Positions 27,599-37,347 of a stretch of DNA of 64,000 bases are shown here, piece by piece. Within the stretch, counting starts at the first letter, position 1. Each line of letters opens with the position of its first letter. The translations under genes were made by a program, and so were the position numbers. The stretch is from Pirellulales bacterium (GTDB lineage Bacteria > Planctomycetota > Planctomycetia > Pirellulales > JADZDJ01). Where the stretch lies: positions 15,780 through 79,779 of the forward strand of contig JADZDJ010000018.1 in NCBI GenBank assembly GCA_020851115.1. Direction: 5' to 3'. The notes beneath the pieces are model-generated. The model was given only the letters and a program-made list of their open reading frames with translations. It had not been told where the DNA came from and ran no database searches.

Positions 27599-28204
27599 GT
27601 GCCTTTCCGCTCGAGGAAACTACTGTTGCCAGGGAGGGCAAACGTGGCTGCGGCAAGCCGAATTCGGGCGCTTTGGTTGACCTGGTTTTCCCAACCTGCC
27701 GGAAACCGCGCATTATACCGCTGCATCCAGAAGCAACGGCCGCGCCGAATCATGGAATTGGGGCTGGGGAACCTAACTCGTGCCGAGCGAATGATTTCGC
27801 TCGCCGTCCGCCACAGTCCAGTCGGCGAGATTCAATATATTGGCATCGATTTGTTTGATGCTCGACCGCAAGGATTACCTGGCTTGCCATTAAAAGATGC
27901 TCACAAACTGTTGCGGGCGACGGGCGTCCGAGTGAATCTAATTCCTGGCAGCCCATTGGAAGCCCTGTCGCGAACCGCTAACTCATTACGAGATATTGAC
28001 TTAGTGGTAATTTCCGCCGATCAGCCTGATATCGCACTCGAGCAGGCTTGGTTTTACGTCCCCCGCACAATCTCCGCAGATGCGGTTCTATTTCGGGAAG
28101 AGTCCAGCAGTCGCGAGGCAAAATCGCTTGTTCTCAAACAGTTAAGCCGCTTGGACTTGCAGCGCTGGGCTGCCGCGGCAACCCCTCGTCGCAGAGCCGC
28201 GTAG
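27599..28204 (+). CDS. hypothetical protein, possibly class I methyltransferase-like fold
   Basis: 201-aa ORF with a GTG start. 'RIMELGLGNLTRAERM', 'YIGIDLFD' and 'DLVVISAD' loosely resemble SAM-MTase motifs I and post-I. This is a weak call. Confidence 0.4.
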   Translation: MPFRSRKLLLPGRANVAAASRIRALWLTWFSQPAGNRALYRCIQKQRPRRIMELGLGNLTRAERMISLAVRHSPVGEIQYIGIDLFDARPQGLPGLPLKDAHKLLRATGVRVNLIPGSPLEALSRTANSLRDIDLVVISADQPDIALEQAWFYVPRTISADAVLFREESSSREAKSLVLKQLSRLDLQRWAAAATPRRRAA

Positions 28205-28384
28205 TAAACTAATCCGGCGCGTCGAATCGCAGTCTTGCGGCGCAGGCCCTTGCTCGGCGCTTGTTGGTGAATCAGCTCGACCCCGGACTGGTCGCTGCTG
28301 AGATATATCTCCGCTATGATGAACCTGTTAGCGGGCCACATGTCTGAATGATTCCATCGGCTCGCTCGGTTCTGGCTACAACCC

Positions 28385-30082
28385 ATGCCCATTTCCAGCT
28401 CATCGGCGAATGCTCCAACGATTGCGGCTTCGTCGATTGGCACTGGCTTCTCCGCTGGCATGGAAACGTCGAACTCGAATCCGTGCTGCCGCGTGGCAAT
28501 GATCGAGGGGAGCCAACCGCATCTTTCGACCGAAACGCGTTCGCTGTTGCGTAGCCGGTTGCGAATCGCCGCCTTGTTGCTGGCGATGGGATTTGCCGTG
28601 TTTTTTGTCCGAAACTTGTTCTTCACCGACTATCATAGCGGTACGCAACTGTTTATGACTTTTTTCCACGGCGGCGTCACGATTGCACTGGCGCTTGTCG
28701 GCGGCGGATTATGTCATCAATGTACCTTTGATCTCTCGACGCTGCGACGAGCAGAGCTGATCATCTTCGGGTTGCCAGCGATCTTCTTCGTCGTCATGCA
28801 GTGGTTGCACTACGACGGCATCCCGATTGCCGCGGGGGGAACGACGCGGTACTTGGAGAGTCCGTCGTCCCCGTGGATTTTGCTGATATTCATCTATTCC
28901 CTTTACATTCCAAACGCCTGGAAGCGGGCTGCGACGATTTTGGGAATACTGGCGGCCGCGCCTTGCTTGTTGTTTCTGGCGGCGTGGTTTCGATTTAGCC
29001 ACATTCGCGAACATGTGTCGCTCTTCGATGTCTCATCGGTGTTTTTCTTTATGACGCTGGCGGCGATTGTTGGCGCGTGGGGCGTTTATACGATTGGCCG
29101 CCTGCGGCGAGAAGCATTTGAGGCAAAGCAGCTTGGGCAATATCGCTTGAAGCATCTGCTTGGTGCCGGTGGCATGGGCGAAGTCTATTTGGCCGAGCAT
29201 CAACTTATGAAGCGGCCGGTGGCCATCAAACTCATCCGGCCTGGCAAAGCCGCCGATCCGCATGCACTAGCGCGATTCGAGCGGGAAGTGCGAGCCACGG
29301 CTAAATTGTCGCACTGGAATACCATCGAGATTTTCGATTTCGGCCATACCGACGATGGCACATTCTATTACGTGATGGAATACCTACCGGGGAAAAGTCT
29401 CGCCGACTTGGTCGAGCAGCACGGCCCGCTCCTGCCGTCGCGCGTGATTGCACTCATGACGCAGACGTGCGAAGCGCTGGCCGAGGCGCACTCGATTGGG
29501 CTGATTCATCGCGATATCAAGCCTGGGAATATCTTCGCGGCCTATCGCGGCGGCGTCTACGACGTGGCCAAGTTGCTCGACTTCGGCTTAGCCAAGCCTG
29601 CAATGGGTAAATTGGACATTACGCTTACACAAGAAGGGGCGATCACTGGTTCTCCGCTGTTCATGGCCCCCGAACAAGCTGTCGGCGATGGCGAACCGGA
29701 TGCACGCAGTGATATTTACGCTCTGGGCTGTGTCGCGTATTACTTGTTGACAGGCCGGCCGCCGTTCGAAGCCGAAAACCCGATCAAGGTGCTGATGGCT
29801 CACGCGCGCGATGCGGTCGTTCCGCCTTCGCAATTACAGAGCGGCATCCCGCGCGATCTGGAAGAAATCGTACTTCACTGCCTGGAAAAAGAGCCGCAAT
29901 GCCGCTTTGCCGACGTCAACCAATTGCGTGCCGCCTTTGTATCTTGCAGCACTTATGGCACATGGTCGCGCCAAGACGCCCAGTGCTGGTGGGAAGCCAA
30001 CGGCGGCGTGTCGCGCAGCGGTGAAGGATTCGCGACGCCGGCCATCGATCAAGTTCCTTCGCCAGCCGGGGCAATGGCTTAA
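28385..30082 (+). CDS. serine/threonine protein kinase with polytopic N-terminal membrane domain
   Basis: 565 aa; the start may instead be the ATG at 28460 or 28499. Several N-terminal TM helices are followed by Hanks kinase motifs: 'LGAGGMGEVYLAEH', 'AIKLI', 'HRDIKPGNIF', 'DFGLAK', 'SPLFMAPEQ'. Confidence 0.85.
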   Translation: MPISSSSANAPTIAASSIGTGFSAGMETSNSNPCCRVAMIEGSQPHLSTETRSLLRSRLRIAALLLAMGFAVFFVRNLFFTDYHSGTQLFMTFFHGGVTIALALVGGGLCHQCTFDLSTLRRAELIIFGLPAIFFVVMQWLHYDGIPIAAGGTTRYLESPSSPWILLIFIYSLYIPNAWKRAATILGILAAAPCLLFLAAWFRFSHIREHVSLFDVSSVFFFMTLAAIVGAWGVYTIGRLRREAFEAKQLGQYRLKHLLGAGGMGEVYLAEHQLMKRPVAIKLIRPGKAADPHALARFEREVRATAKLSHWNTIEIFDFGHTDDGTFYYVMEYLPGKSLADLVEQHGPLLPSRVIALMTQTCEALAEAHSIGLIHRDIKPGNIFAAYRGGVYDVAKLLDFGLAKPAMGKLDITLTQEGAITGSPLFMAPEQAVGDGEPDARSDIYALGCVAYYLLTGRPPFEAENPIKVLMAHARDAVVPPSQLQSGIPRDLEEIVLHCLEKEPQCRFADVNQLRAAFVSCSTYGTWSRQDAQCWWEANGGVSRSGEGFATPAIDQVPSPAGAMA

Positions 30083-30517
30083 CTCGCAACTTGTCAAATT
30101 ACTCAGATCTTCAAGGCCGCGCAGAAGAACACACCTGCCGTTAGTGCAGCTTGTGTAAGCCAATCTTGATCGGCGGTGAGGTTGACACCACCGCGATTCC
30201 TACCCTTGTTTTGGCGTCGCTGAGATCGGCCAGATCACGCGCGATCATTGATCGTAAGACGACTGAGCAATTTCGCGCCACGCTACAACGGTCAATCATT
30301 TCGCCCGCTGCGCATTCGCCTGGAGGATGAAAGGCGGTTTGACGTCGCCCACCTGGATTTTGTTGCGCATCGCTAGCTGGATGAGCCGTCGTCGTATTTC
30401 AGAGTGATGGGAGCTCCATCGTTCTCAATCTGCGCTTGATGTTGGAGCTTGAAATTTACTCTGGCAATGGGCAGTCCGTTCAAAACCCACCATCGCTTGC
30501 TCAGGATGTTTTTAGGA

Positions 30518-32896
30518 TTACTCTTTCACATTCAGCGCGTCGCGCCAGTCGAGTTTGTTGATTTCCCGCTGGACGAACACATGCGCCGAGAGGCCGAAGG
30601 CGATCGCCAGTCCAATCACGCCGATCCACACGGCTGGCGGCGCAACGAGCGGAAAGCGGAACATTTCAGTGTCGTAGATCGTCGTCAGCCACAGGCACAG
30701 GCCGTAGCCCAGCGGCAGGCCGAGCGTGGTGCCGATGGCATCGAGCATCATGCTTTCGCGCAAGAAATAGCCACCGATCTGATATTCGGTATACCCCAAC
30801 ACGCGCAGCGTCGCCACTTCGCGCTTGCGTTCCGCCAGGCCGATCAGCGATGTGTTCAGCAGGCTCGAGAAAAAAATCACCCCGGCGAAAATGACGAGCA
30901 AGCCGATAAAGATCGACTGCGTATTGACAACCGTTTCGACGAGATTCTTGATCGTATTCGTGCGGGCATTATAGCTTTGGAGCGCCGGGAGACGCTTGAG
31001 TTCCTTCAGCATCTCCGCCCGCGCCTGCTCGTCCGGATTGGTTTGCACCTGCACGCCAGTGATCGCCAGTTCTTCGCCAATTAACCGGCTTAAATAATCG
31101 ATGTCGGCATATACGCCCAATCCCATGAAGCTGTCAGCGATTTCGACGACCTGCACGGCGTGCGTTTGCTGCAGGCCCTTGATCGGCTTTATCAACACGG
31201 TGTCGCCCGCCTCGAGGTGGAGCAAATCGGCCATTTTGCGCGTCATCGTCAAGCCAACGGGTTGGATGCGGACGGCCTGCGCCTCCCGATCGCGTGGCAC
31301 GGTCAGCCGCGCGGCGGCTTTGAGACCGGTAATGCCGCCTTTGCGGCGATAGGGGCCGCTCGAGAATTCGCAGCTCACTTCGAGCGTCGGCTCGGCATAA
31401 TCCACTCCCGGCAGTTTGCGGACTTCTTGCAGCGCATCCCAGCCTCGCTCGTCTTTGAAGCCCAAATCGACGTCGCTGTGCAGCACCTTTTCAAACTGAA
31501 ACTCGATGATGTACTCGATTCCCATTCGCAGCATGAACCCGCACATTAAAATCGCCGCTCCCATCGAGGCGGCAAACACGCCCACTGCGGTGCGGGCCTT
31601 GTGTCGCACCAGGTTGCGAATCACCAGCCTCCAGCCGAAACTGAGCCGCTGCCAGAATGCTGTGAAATGTTCGAGCCAGACTCGCCCGCCAACCACCGGC
31701 GGTTTGGGCCGCATTGCCTCGGCGGGTTTGAGCCGCAATGCGCCGCGGGTTCCCCGCCAGCAACCAAACAGCGCGCAGCCCAGGCTGGTCGCCAGGGCCG
31801 TCAGGTAGAGTTCGGGATAGATGTGGTTGTGCAGTTCGGGGAACTCAAAAAACTGCCGGTAGATCGACGTAATGAATTCCGCCATGCCATAGCCCATCGG
31901 CAAGCCGACCAAGCCGCCACACAGGCCGACCAGGCCGCCGAATTTCATAAAGTGCCAAAAGATTTGCGCATGAGAGTAGCCGGTGGCTTTCAACGTGCCG
32001 ATGATCGTGCGCTGCTGGTCGATCAGCCGCGTCATGAGCACGTTGAGCACCATCGCGGCGACGGCCAGAAAAATCACCGGCAGAATGTTGGCGAACGTGC
32101 CCAAACCGCGGATTTCATCACTAAGGAACCGGTTTGAGGGCTGGTCCTTCCGCGGCGTGGTCGCCACCACGCCGTAATCGTCTAGGCGCAGCTCGGCGCG
32201 GTGCAAAATCTCATCGACCCGATCTCGCCACGACGGAGCCACGACGCCGACGATTTGGTTGGCCGCGCCATCCATGTTGAACACTTCCTCGGCATAGCTC
32301 TGTTTCAAATAGAAAACGCCGAAGTGTTCCGGGTCTGGCGTAATCGTACCGGGGCCGACGAGATAGACAAATTCGCTCGACATCGCCGTACCGACAATGA
32401 ATAGTTCCTCGCGGCGGTTGTTGAGAATCAGGTGAATCCATTGGCCTGGGAATAGCCCCTGCTTGCGGGCAAAGGCGTCGTTGACGATCACTTCATTGCG
32501 GCGGCGGTCCGTAAAATAGCTGCCGCGACGGAGGAAAATGTCGTTGATGATCGGTTTCCGCTGGTCGGGCAGCGAAAATACCATGCCATTGAGCGGCTCG
32601 GCGACGCGCTCCAGATCGACCGTGGCGAAAAAGGTGATCCGCGGGCGAATTTCGCTCACGCCCGGCAAGTCGGCGACTAGATCCAATTCGGCCAGTGGAA
32701 CTTTCTTCACGTCGATCCAGAAGTCGGCCATCCGGCATGCGTCGTAGTAGCGCTCCTTCTCGCGGTTGAGATTGTTGTAGGAGGAGCGCATGTAGATGTA
32801 GCACATCACCCCGACGGCAATCAGGCTCGTGATGGCCAGCAACAGGCCCTTGCTGGCGAAGAGTTCGCGGACGACTTTGCGATCGAGAACGCGCAC
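30518..32896 (-). CDS. ABC transporter permease, FtsX/MacB-like with two FtsX domains
   Basis: 792 aa with two large extracytoplasmic domains, each followed by a 3-TM FtsX-type bundle ('IGTLKATGYSHAQI', 'VATLRVLGYTEYQI'). Confidence 0.85.
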   Translation of the reverse strand: MRVLDRKVVRELFASKGLLLAITSLIAVGVMCYIYMRSSYNNLNREKERYYDACRMADFWIDVKKVPLAELDLVADLPGVSEIRPRITFFATVDLERVAEPLNGMVFSLPDQRKPIINDIFLRRGSYFTDRRRNEVIVNDAFARKQGLFPGQWIHLILNNRREELFIVGTAMSSEFVYLVGPGTITPDPEHFGVFYLKQSYAEEVFNMDGAANQIVGVVAPSWRDRVDEILHRAELRLDDYGVVATTPRKDQPSNRFLSDEIRGLGTFANILPVIFLAVAAMVLNVLMTRLIDQQRTIIGTLKATGYSHAQIFWHFMKFGGLVGLCGGLVGLPMGYGMAEFITSIYRQFFEFPELHNHIYPELYLTALATSLGCALFGCWRGTRGALRLKPAEAMRPKPPVVGGRVWLEHFTAFWQRLSFGWRLVIRNLVRHKARTAVGVFAASMGAAILMCGFMLRMGIEYIIEFQFEKVLHSDVDLGFKDERGWDALQEVRKLPGVDYAEPTLEVSCEFSSGPYRRKGGITGLKAAARLTVPRDREAQAVRIQPVGLTMTRKMADLLHLEAGDTVLIKPIKGLQQTHAVQVVEIADSFMGLGVYADIDYLSRLIGEELAITGVQVQTNPDEQARAEMLKELKRLPALQSYNARTNTIKNLVETVVNTQSIFIGLLVIFAGVIFFSSLLNTSLIGLAERKREVATLRVLGYTEYQIGGYFLRESMMLDAIGTTLGLPLGYGLCLWLTTIYDTEMFRFPLVAPPAVWIGVIGLAIAFGLSAHVFVQREINKLDWRDALNVKE

Positions 32897-32947
32897 GGCG
32901 GGGAGGGAGGATCGAGGATTGGGGGGCGGGAGCGAGGGGAGCGACGA

Positions 32948-33062
32948 TTGTCGAATGACGAATGTCTACGGAATGAGGAAATACGAATGACTACAGGCGA
33001 GACAGGGGGCAGGTTTGATGATTGGAATCTGCAATTTCATGAGACAGTTCGTCATTCGACAA
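32948..33062. repeat. 15-bp perfect inverted repeat (TTGTCGAATGACGAA / TTCGTCATTCGACAA), extendable to ~20 bp, with 85-nt spacer
   Basis: The arms are at 32948-32962 and 33048-33062. The left arm is a CGAATGA/CGAATGT heptamer pair. It lies in the divergent spacer between the ABC permease and metG. Confidence 0.8.
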
Positions 33063-33348
33063 TTCATCTTCTTTATTTTACGACACAGAAGTGCGGCTCT
33101 TTCAGGGACTCAGTGAACTTTTTTGCGGTGAAAATGCTCCCATTCCGTGACGGGCGTGGTTGCCCTAGAATACGAAACTTCATCCGCGCGATGTGGTGAG
33201 AGATAGGTTCGCGGAAAATTATAAAGGAATAGCGAATGAATGGCCTGCCGATGCTGCCTGCATGAAGCGACAGTTTCTTTCCCATGTTGCCTGCGTCTTT
33301 GGGTGAACTGTTGGTTCAGTGGAGAGTCAAAATCCTTGCTCCGTTTTT

Positions 33349-35478
33349 ATGCCTCGCCAAATACTTGTCACCGCCGCGCTGCCATATGCCAATGGTCACA
33401 TCCATTTGGGGCATTTGGTGGAATACATTCAGACGGATATCTGGGTGAGGTTTCAGAAGCTCCGTGGACATCGGTGCATTTTTCTGTGCGCCGATGATAC
33501 GCATGGCACGAGTATCATGATTCGCGCGCGGCAAGAGGGGCGCAGTGAAGCGGCTCTGATCGCCGACATGCGAGCGCATCACCTCCGCGATTTCGCCGGG
33601 TTCGATGTCAAGTTCGACCACTATGGCAGTACGCACAGCGAGGAAAACCGCCGCTTATGCGGCGAGATTTGGTCGTCGCTGCGCAAGACGGGACTGGTGG
33701 TCGAGCGCGATGTCTCGCAACTATACGACCCCGTGGCCGGCACTTTTTTGGCCGACCGCTTCGTCCAAGGAACGTGCCCGAAGTGTAAATCGCCCAATCA
33801 ATACGGCGATAGCTGTGATAAGTGCGGGGCGACGTATTCGCCGGCCGATCTGATCGACGCCGTCAGTACGCTTTCAGGAGCGAAGCCGGAAACACGCAGC
33901 GCTTCGCACCTGTTCATTCAGATCGAGCCACTGCATGCGTTCTTGGAACAGTGGACGCAAACCAGCGGCGCGCTGCAGACCGAAGTAGCCAACTACTTGA
34001 AGGGTCACTTCTTGAACGAACCGCTGCGCGATTGGGATGTGTCTCGACCGGCGCCCTATTTTGGTTTCGAGATCCCCGACAGCCCCGGCAACTATTGGTA
34101 CGTGTGGTTCGATGCGCCGATCGGCTACATGGCCTCGCTTGCCGAGTGGTGCGAGAAAAACGGCGAGTCGTTTGATCGGTGGTGGCCCAGAGCGGGTTCA
34201 GGGTTCGGGATTCAGGATTCAGGCAAAGCACAAGAAACCACGAGTCGCCAGGCGCTTTCCTCCGAGATCCATCACTTCATCGGCAAAGACATTACGTATT
34301 TTCACACGCTGTTTTGGCCGGGCATGTTAAAGACGGCCGGCTTCCAGCTTCCCACCAAGGTTCACATTCACGGTTTTCTCACGGTTGGCGGTGAGAAAAT
34401 GTCGAAGAGTAAGGGAACCTTCGTCCGCGCTGCGACCTATCTCAAGCATCTCAACCCGGCCTATTTACGCTACTACTACGCGAGCAAGTTGGGGCCTCGC
34501 GTGGACGATCTCGATTTGAATCCCGAAGAATTCGTCACGAAGGTGAATTCCGATCTGGTTGGCAAAGTCGTGAATTTGGCCAGTCGCACGGCGAGGTTTG
34601 TCGAAACAACGGGCTTATCGAATAAATATCCGGACGATCGTGGGTTATTCGCCGCAGCCGTGGCAGAAGGAGAGTCGATCGCCGAGGCATACGAAGCGTG
34701 CGATTACAATCGCGCGATGCGGCAGATTATGCTGCTGGCGGATAAGGCGAATCAGTTCGTCGATGGAAACGCGCCCTGGACGCTGCGCAAAGATCCCGCC
34801 CGCGCAGCGGAGGTGCAAGAAGTTTGCACCGTCTCGCTGAATTTGTTTCGGCAATTGATTGTCTACCTATCGCCGGTGTTGCCGAAGCTGGCCGAGCAAG
34901 GCGGCGAACTATTGAATGACCCGGTTTGTGATTGGGACCAATCGAAGCAACCGCTCGTCGGCACGGCCGTCAACAAATTTCAACCATTACTGCATAGAAT
35001 AGAATCTACACAGGTGGAAGCCATGATTGAGGATAGTAAAGAAGCTGCGCCGGCCGCATCGACCGCTGCTGCACCAGACGCCAGACCCCAAACACCAGGC
35101 ACTCCTGCTGGAGATGGGCCTGAATCGCTTCAAGCCGAGCCGCTCGCGGCCGAGTGCTCGATCGACGATTTCGCCAAGGTCGATCTGCGCGTGGCCCGCG
35201 TCGTGTCGGCCGAAGAGGTTCCCGAAGCGCGAAAGTTGCTCAAGCTGACGCTTTCCCTCGGCGGCGAAATTCGCAAAACCGTGTTTGCCGGCATCAAAAA
35301 AGCGTACAAACCGGAGGATTTGGTCGGCCGCCTTGTGATTTGCGTGGCCAATCTTGCCCCGCGGCAAATGAAATTCGGCCTGAGCGAAGGCATGGTGACG
35401 GCCGCTGGCGGTGGCAACGATGAAGTCTTTCTGCTCTCGCCCGACAGCGGCGCTAAGCCGGGCATGCGGGTGCATTGA
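33349..35478 (+). CDS. metG: methionine--tRNA ligase with C-terminal tRNA-binding (EMAP/Trbp111-like) domain
   Basis: The track ORF starts at 33319; the ATG at 33349 gives '[22 protein letters not shown]' (HIGH). Other motifs: 'KMSKS', Zn-knuckle '[18 protein letters not shown]', and C-terminal '[22 protein letters not shown]'. Confidence 0.95.
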   Translation: MPRQILVTAALPYANGHIHLGHLVEYIQTDIWVRFQKLRGHRCIFLCADDTHGTSIMIRARQEGRSEAALIADMRAHHLRDFAGFDVKFDHYGSTHSEENRRLCGEIWSSLRKTGLVVERDVSQLYDPVAGTFLADRFVQGTCPKCKSPNQYGDSCDKCGATYSPADLIDAVSTLSGAKPETRSASHLFIQIEPLHAFLEQWTQTSGALQTEVANYLKGHFLNEPLRDWDVSRPAPYFGFEIPDSPGNYWYVWFDAPIGYMASLAEWCEKNGESFDRWWPRAGSGFGIQDSGKAQETTSRQALSSEIHHFIGKDITYFHTLFWPGMLKTAGFQLPTKVHIHGFLTVGGEKMSKSKGTFVRAATYLKHLNPAYLRYYYASKLGPRVDDLDLNPEEFVTKVNSDLVGKVVNLASRTARFVETTGLSNKYPDDRGLFAAAVAEGESIAEAYEACDYNRAMRQIMLLADKANQFVDGNAPWTLRKDPARAAEVQEVCTVSLNLFRQLIVYLSPVLPKLAEQGGELLNDPVCDWDQSKQPLVGTAVNKFQPLLHRIESTQVEAMIEDSKEAAPAASTAAAPDARPQTPGTPAGDGPESLQAEPLAAECSIDDFAKVDLRVARVVSAEEVPEARKLLKLTLSLGGEIRKTVFAGIKKAYKPEDLVGRLVICVANLAPRQMKFGLSEGMVTAAGGGNDEVFLLSPDSGAKPGMRVH
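34194..34223 (+). repeat. heptanucleotide array GGGTTCA GGGTTCG GGATTCA GGATTCA GG inside metG
   Basis: Read directly. It encodes part of '..[13 protein letters not shown]..'. Confidence 0.8.
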
Positions 35479-35557
35479 GATTTGGTCCGTTGCCAGCGGT
35501 CGGTGGCGATGCTCCTTCCACCCGTTTACAACCGTCAACTGGCCACGGGCGACATCC

Positions 35558-37321
35558 ATGAAAAACTCCGAAATCGCCGCCGCGTTTGATTTGATCGGGG
35601 ACATCTTGGAATTCCAGGGGGCGAACCCGTTTCGCGTGCGGGCGTATCGCAACGCCGCACGCACGATCGGCGACTTGTCAGAAGCGGTGACCAAGATCGT
35701 TGCCGATCCGCAGCGCAAGTTGACCGACATCGAGGGGATCGGCGGCGATCTGGCGAACAAAATCCAAACGCTCGTCGCCAGCGGCTCGCTACCGATGCTC
35801 GATGAGTTGCAGGCGCAAGTGCCGCAAAGCGTGCTGGCCCTGCTGCGCATTCCCGGCATGGGACCGAAAAAGGCCGCGGCGCTGCACCATGAGTTGGGCA
35901 TTCAATCGCTCGACGACTTGAAGGCAGCCTGCGAATCCCACCGCGTGAAGCAGCTCAAAGGCTTCGGCGAAAAGACTGAAACGGCCATCCTGGCGGGGTT
36001 GGAGTTTGCTTCCTCGCCGGAAATCGCCCGCATGTATTGGGCTGAGGCCGAAGGATTTGCTCAAGCAATCGTCGAGCACTTTACCGCCTGCCAAGCGATC
36101 GACCGACTGGAGCTAGCCGGCAGTTACCGCCGCGGCCGCGAAACGATCGGTGATCTCGACATTCTGGTCGAAAGCCACGATGCCAAGGCGGCGATGGATC
36201 ATTTCACCAAATTCAAGGGGATTGATGCGGTGCTTGGCCGCGGCGAAACGAAAATGTCGGTTCGGCTGCACAACCATTTGCAGATCGACCTGCGAATCGT
36301 CCCCGCCGAGTCGTTTGGCGCAGCACTCATATACTTCACCGGCTCGAAGCAACACAACATCGTGCTTCGCAGCATGGCGAAAGACCGCGAGCTGAAAATC
36401 AACGAGTATGGAGTTTTTCGCAGTGGGCCGGCGAAGGAAAAACACAAGGGCGCCAACGAGAACGAGGAAACCTACGTCGCCGGCCGTACCGAGAAGGATG
36501 TGTATGCGACGCTCGATCTGCCGTGGATTCCACCGGAGCTGCGCGAGGCGCGGTGGGAATTCGAATGGGCGTCGGAGGGAAAGCTTCCCAAGCTCATCGA
36601 GCTGGATGACATCCAGGGGGACTTGCACTTGCACACGATCGAAACGGACGGCCAGGCAACCCTCGAGGAAATGGTGGCCGCCGCCCGCTCCCGCGACTTG
36701 AAATACATCGCCGTCACCGATCATTCGAAGCGCGTGACGATGGCGAACGGCTTAAATGCCGACCGTTTGCTGCGTCAATGGGAACAAATCGACAAGCTGA
36801 ACGAGAAATTGCGAGGCTTCCAAGTGCTCAAAGGCGTGGAAGTCGATATTCTCGAAAAAGGCCCGCTCGACATCGATGACGATTGCCTCAGCCACGCCGA
36901 CTGGGTCGTGGCCAGCGTTCACTATGGCCAAAACCAGCCCCGCGCGCAAATCACCAAGCGAATCGTCGATGCACTGGCGAATCCTCATGTATCGGCCATT
37001 GCGCATCCGACGGGACGATTGATTAATCGGCGTAAAGCCTACGAAGTCGATCTCGAAGCGGTTTATGATGCTGCGAAAAAGCATCATAAGTTTTTGGAGC
37101 TAAACTCGAACCCCGCGCGGCTCGATCTCGACGACGTCGCCTGTGCCGCCTGCCGCCTGCGCGGCATCCCGATCGTCATCAATACAGATGCCCATAGCAC
37201 GACAGGCCTGGCCGCTATGCGCTACGGAATCCTGCAAGCCCGCCGCGGAGGACTGACGAAGCGCGACGTGGCGAACGCACGGCCCTGGAAGGAGTTGCGG
37301 AAGCTGCTGGGGCGGAGGTAG
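35558..37321 (+). CDS. polX: DNA polymerase/3'-5' exonuclease PolX (Pol beta-like + PHP domain)
   Basis: The track ORF starts at 35411 (open frame); the ATG at 35558 gives 'MKNSEIAAAFDLIGDILEF'. Motifs: 'GSYRRGRETIGDLDILV', and PHP 'GDLHLHT' and 'AVTDHS'. Confidence 0.9.
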   Translation: MKNSEIAAAFDLIGDILEFQGANPFRVRAYRNAARTIGDLSEAVTKIVADPQRKLTDIEGIGGDLANKIQTLVASGSLPMLDELQAQVPQSVLALLRIPGMGPKKAAALHHELGIQSLDDLKAACESHRVKQLKGFGEKTETAILAGLEFASSPEIARMYWAEAEGFAQAIVEHFTACQAIDRLELAGSYRRGRETIGDLDILVESHDAKAAMDHFTKFKGIDAVLGRGETKMSVRLHNHLQIDLRIVPAESFGAALIYFTGSKQHNIVLRSMAKDRELKINEYGVFRSGPAKEKHKGANENEETYVAGRTEKDVYATLDLPWIPPELREARWEFEWASEGKLPKLIELDDIQGDLHLHTIETDGQATLEEMVAAARSRDLKYIAVTDHSKRVTMANGLNADRLLRQWEQIDKLNEKLRGFQVLKGVEVDILEKGPLDIDDDCLSHADWVVASVHYGQNQPRAQITKRIVDALANPHVSAIAHPTGRLINRRKAYEVDLEAVYDAAKKHHKFLELNSNPARLDLDDVACAACRLRGIPIVINTDAHSTTGLAAMRYGILQARRGGLTKRDVANARPWKELRKLLGRR

Positions 37322-37347
37322 GCGCCTTGCGGCCACGAGAATCTTGT

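Noticed and set aside
28054-28626. 190-aa minus-strand ORF spanning the gap between the methyltransferase-like gene and the kinase.
   Set aside because: It overlaps both neighbouring plus-strand genes and shows no motifs or RBS.
30180-30480. Possible decayed gene on the minus strand between the kinase and the permease. Short frames read '..NGLPIARVNFKLQHQAQIENDGAPITLKYDDGSSS*' and 'MRNKIQVGDVKPPFILQANAQRAK*'.
   Set aside because: The fragments are under 40 aa, lie in different frames, and match no family I recognise. I cannot support a pseudogene call without a homology search.
32948-33285. Small ORFs 32948..33199(+) and 33073..33285(-) in the permease/metG spacer.
   Set aside because: They are low-complexity translations of the AT-rich, repeat-containing spacer (for example 'MSNDECLRNEEIRMTT'), with no RBS. 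They are probably artefacts of the heptamer and inverted-repeat sequence.
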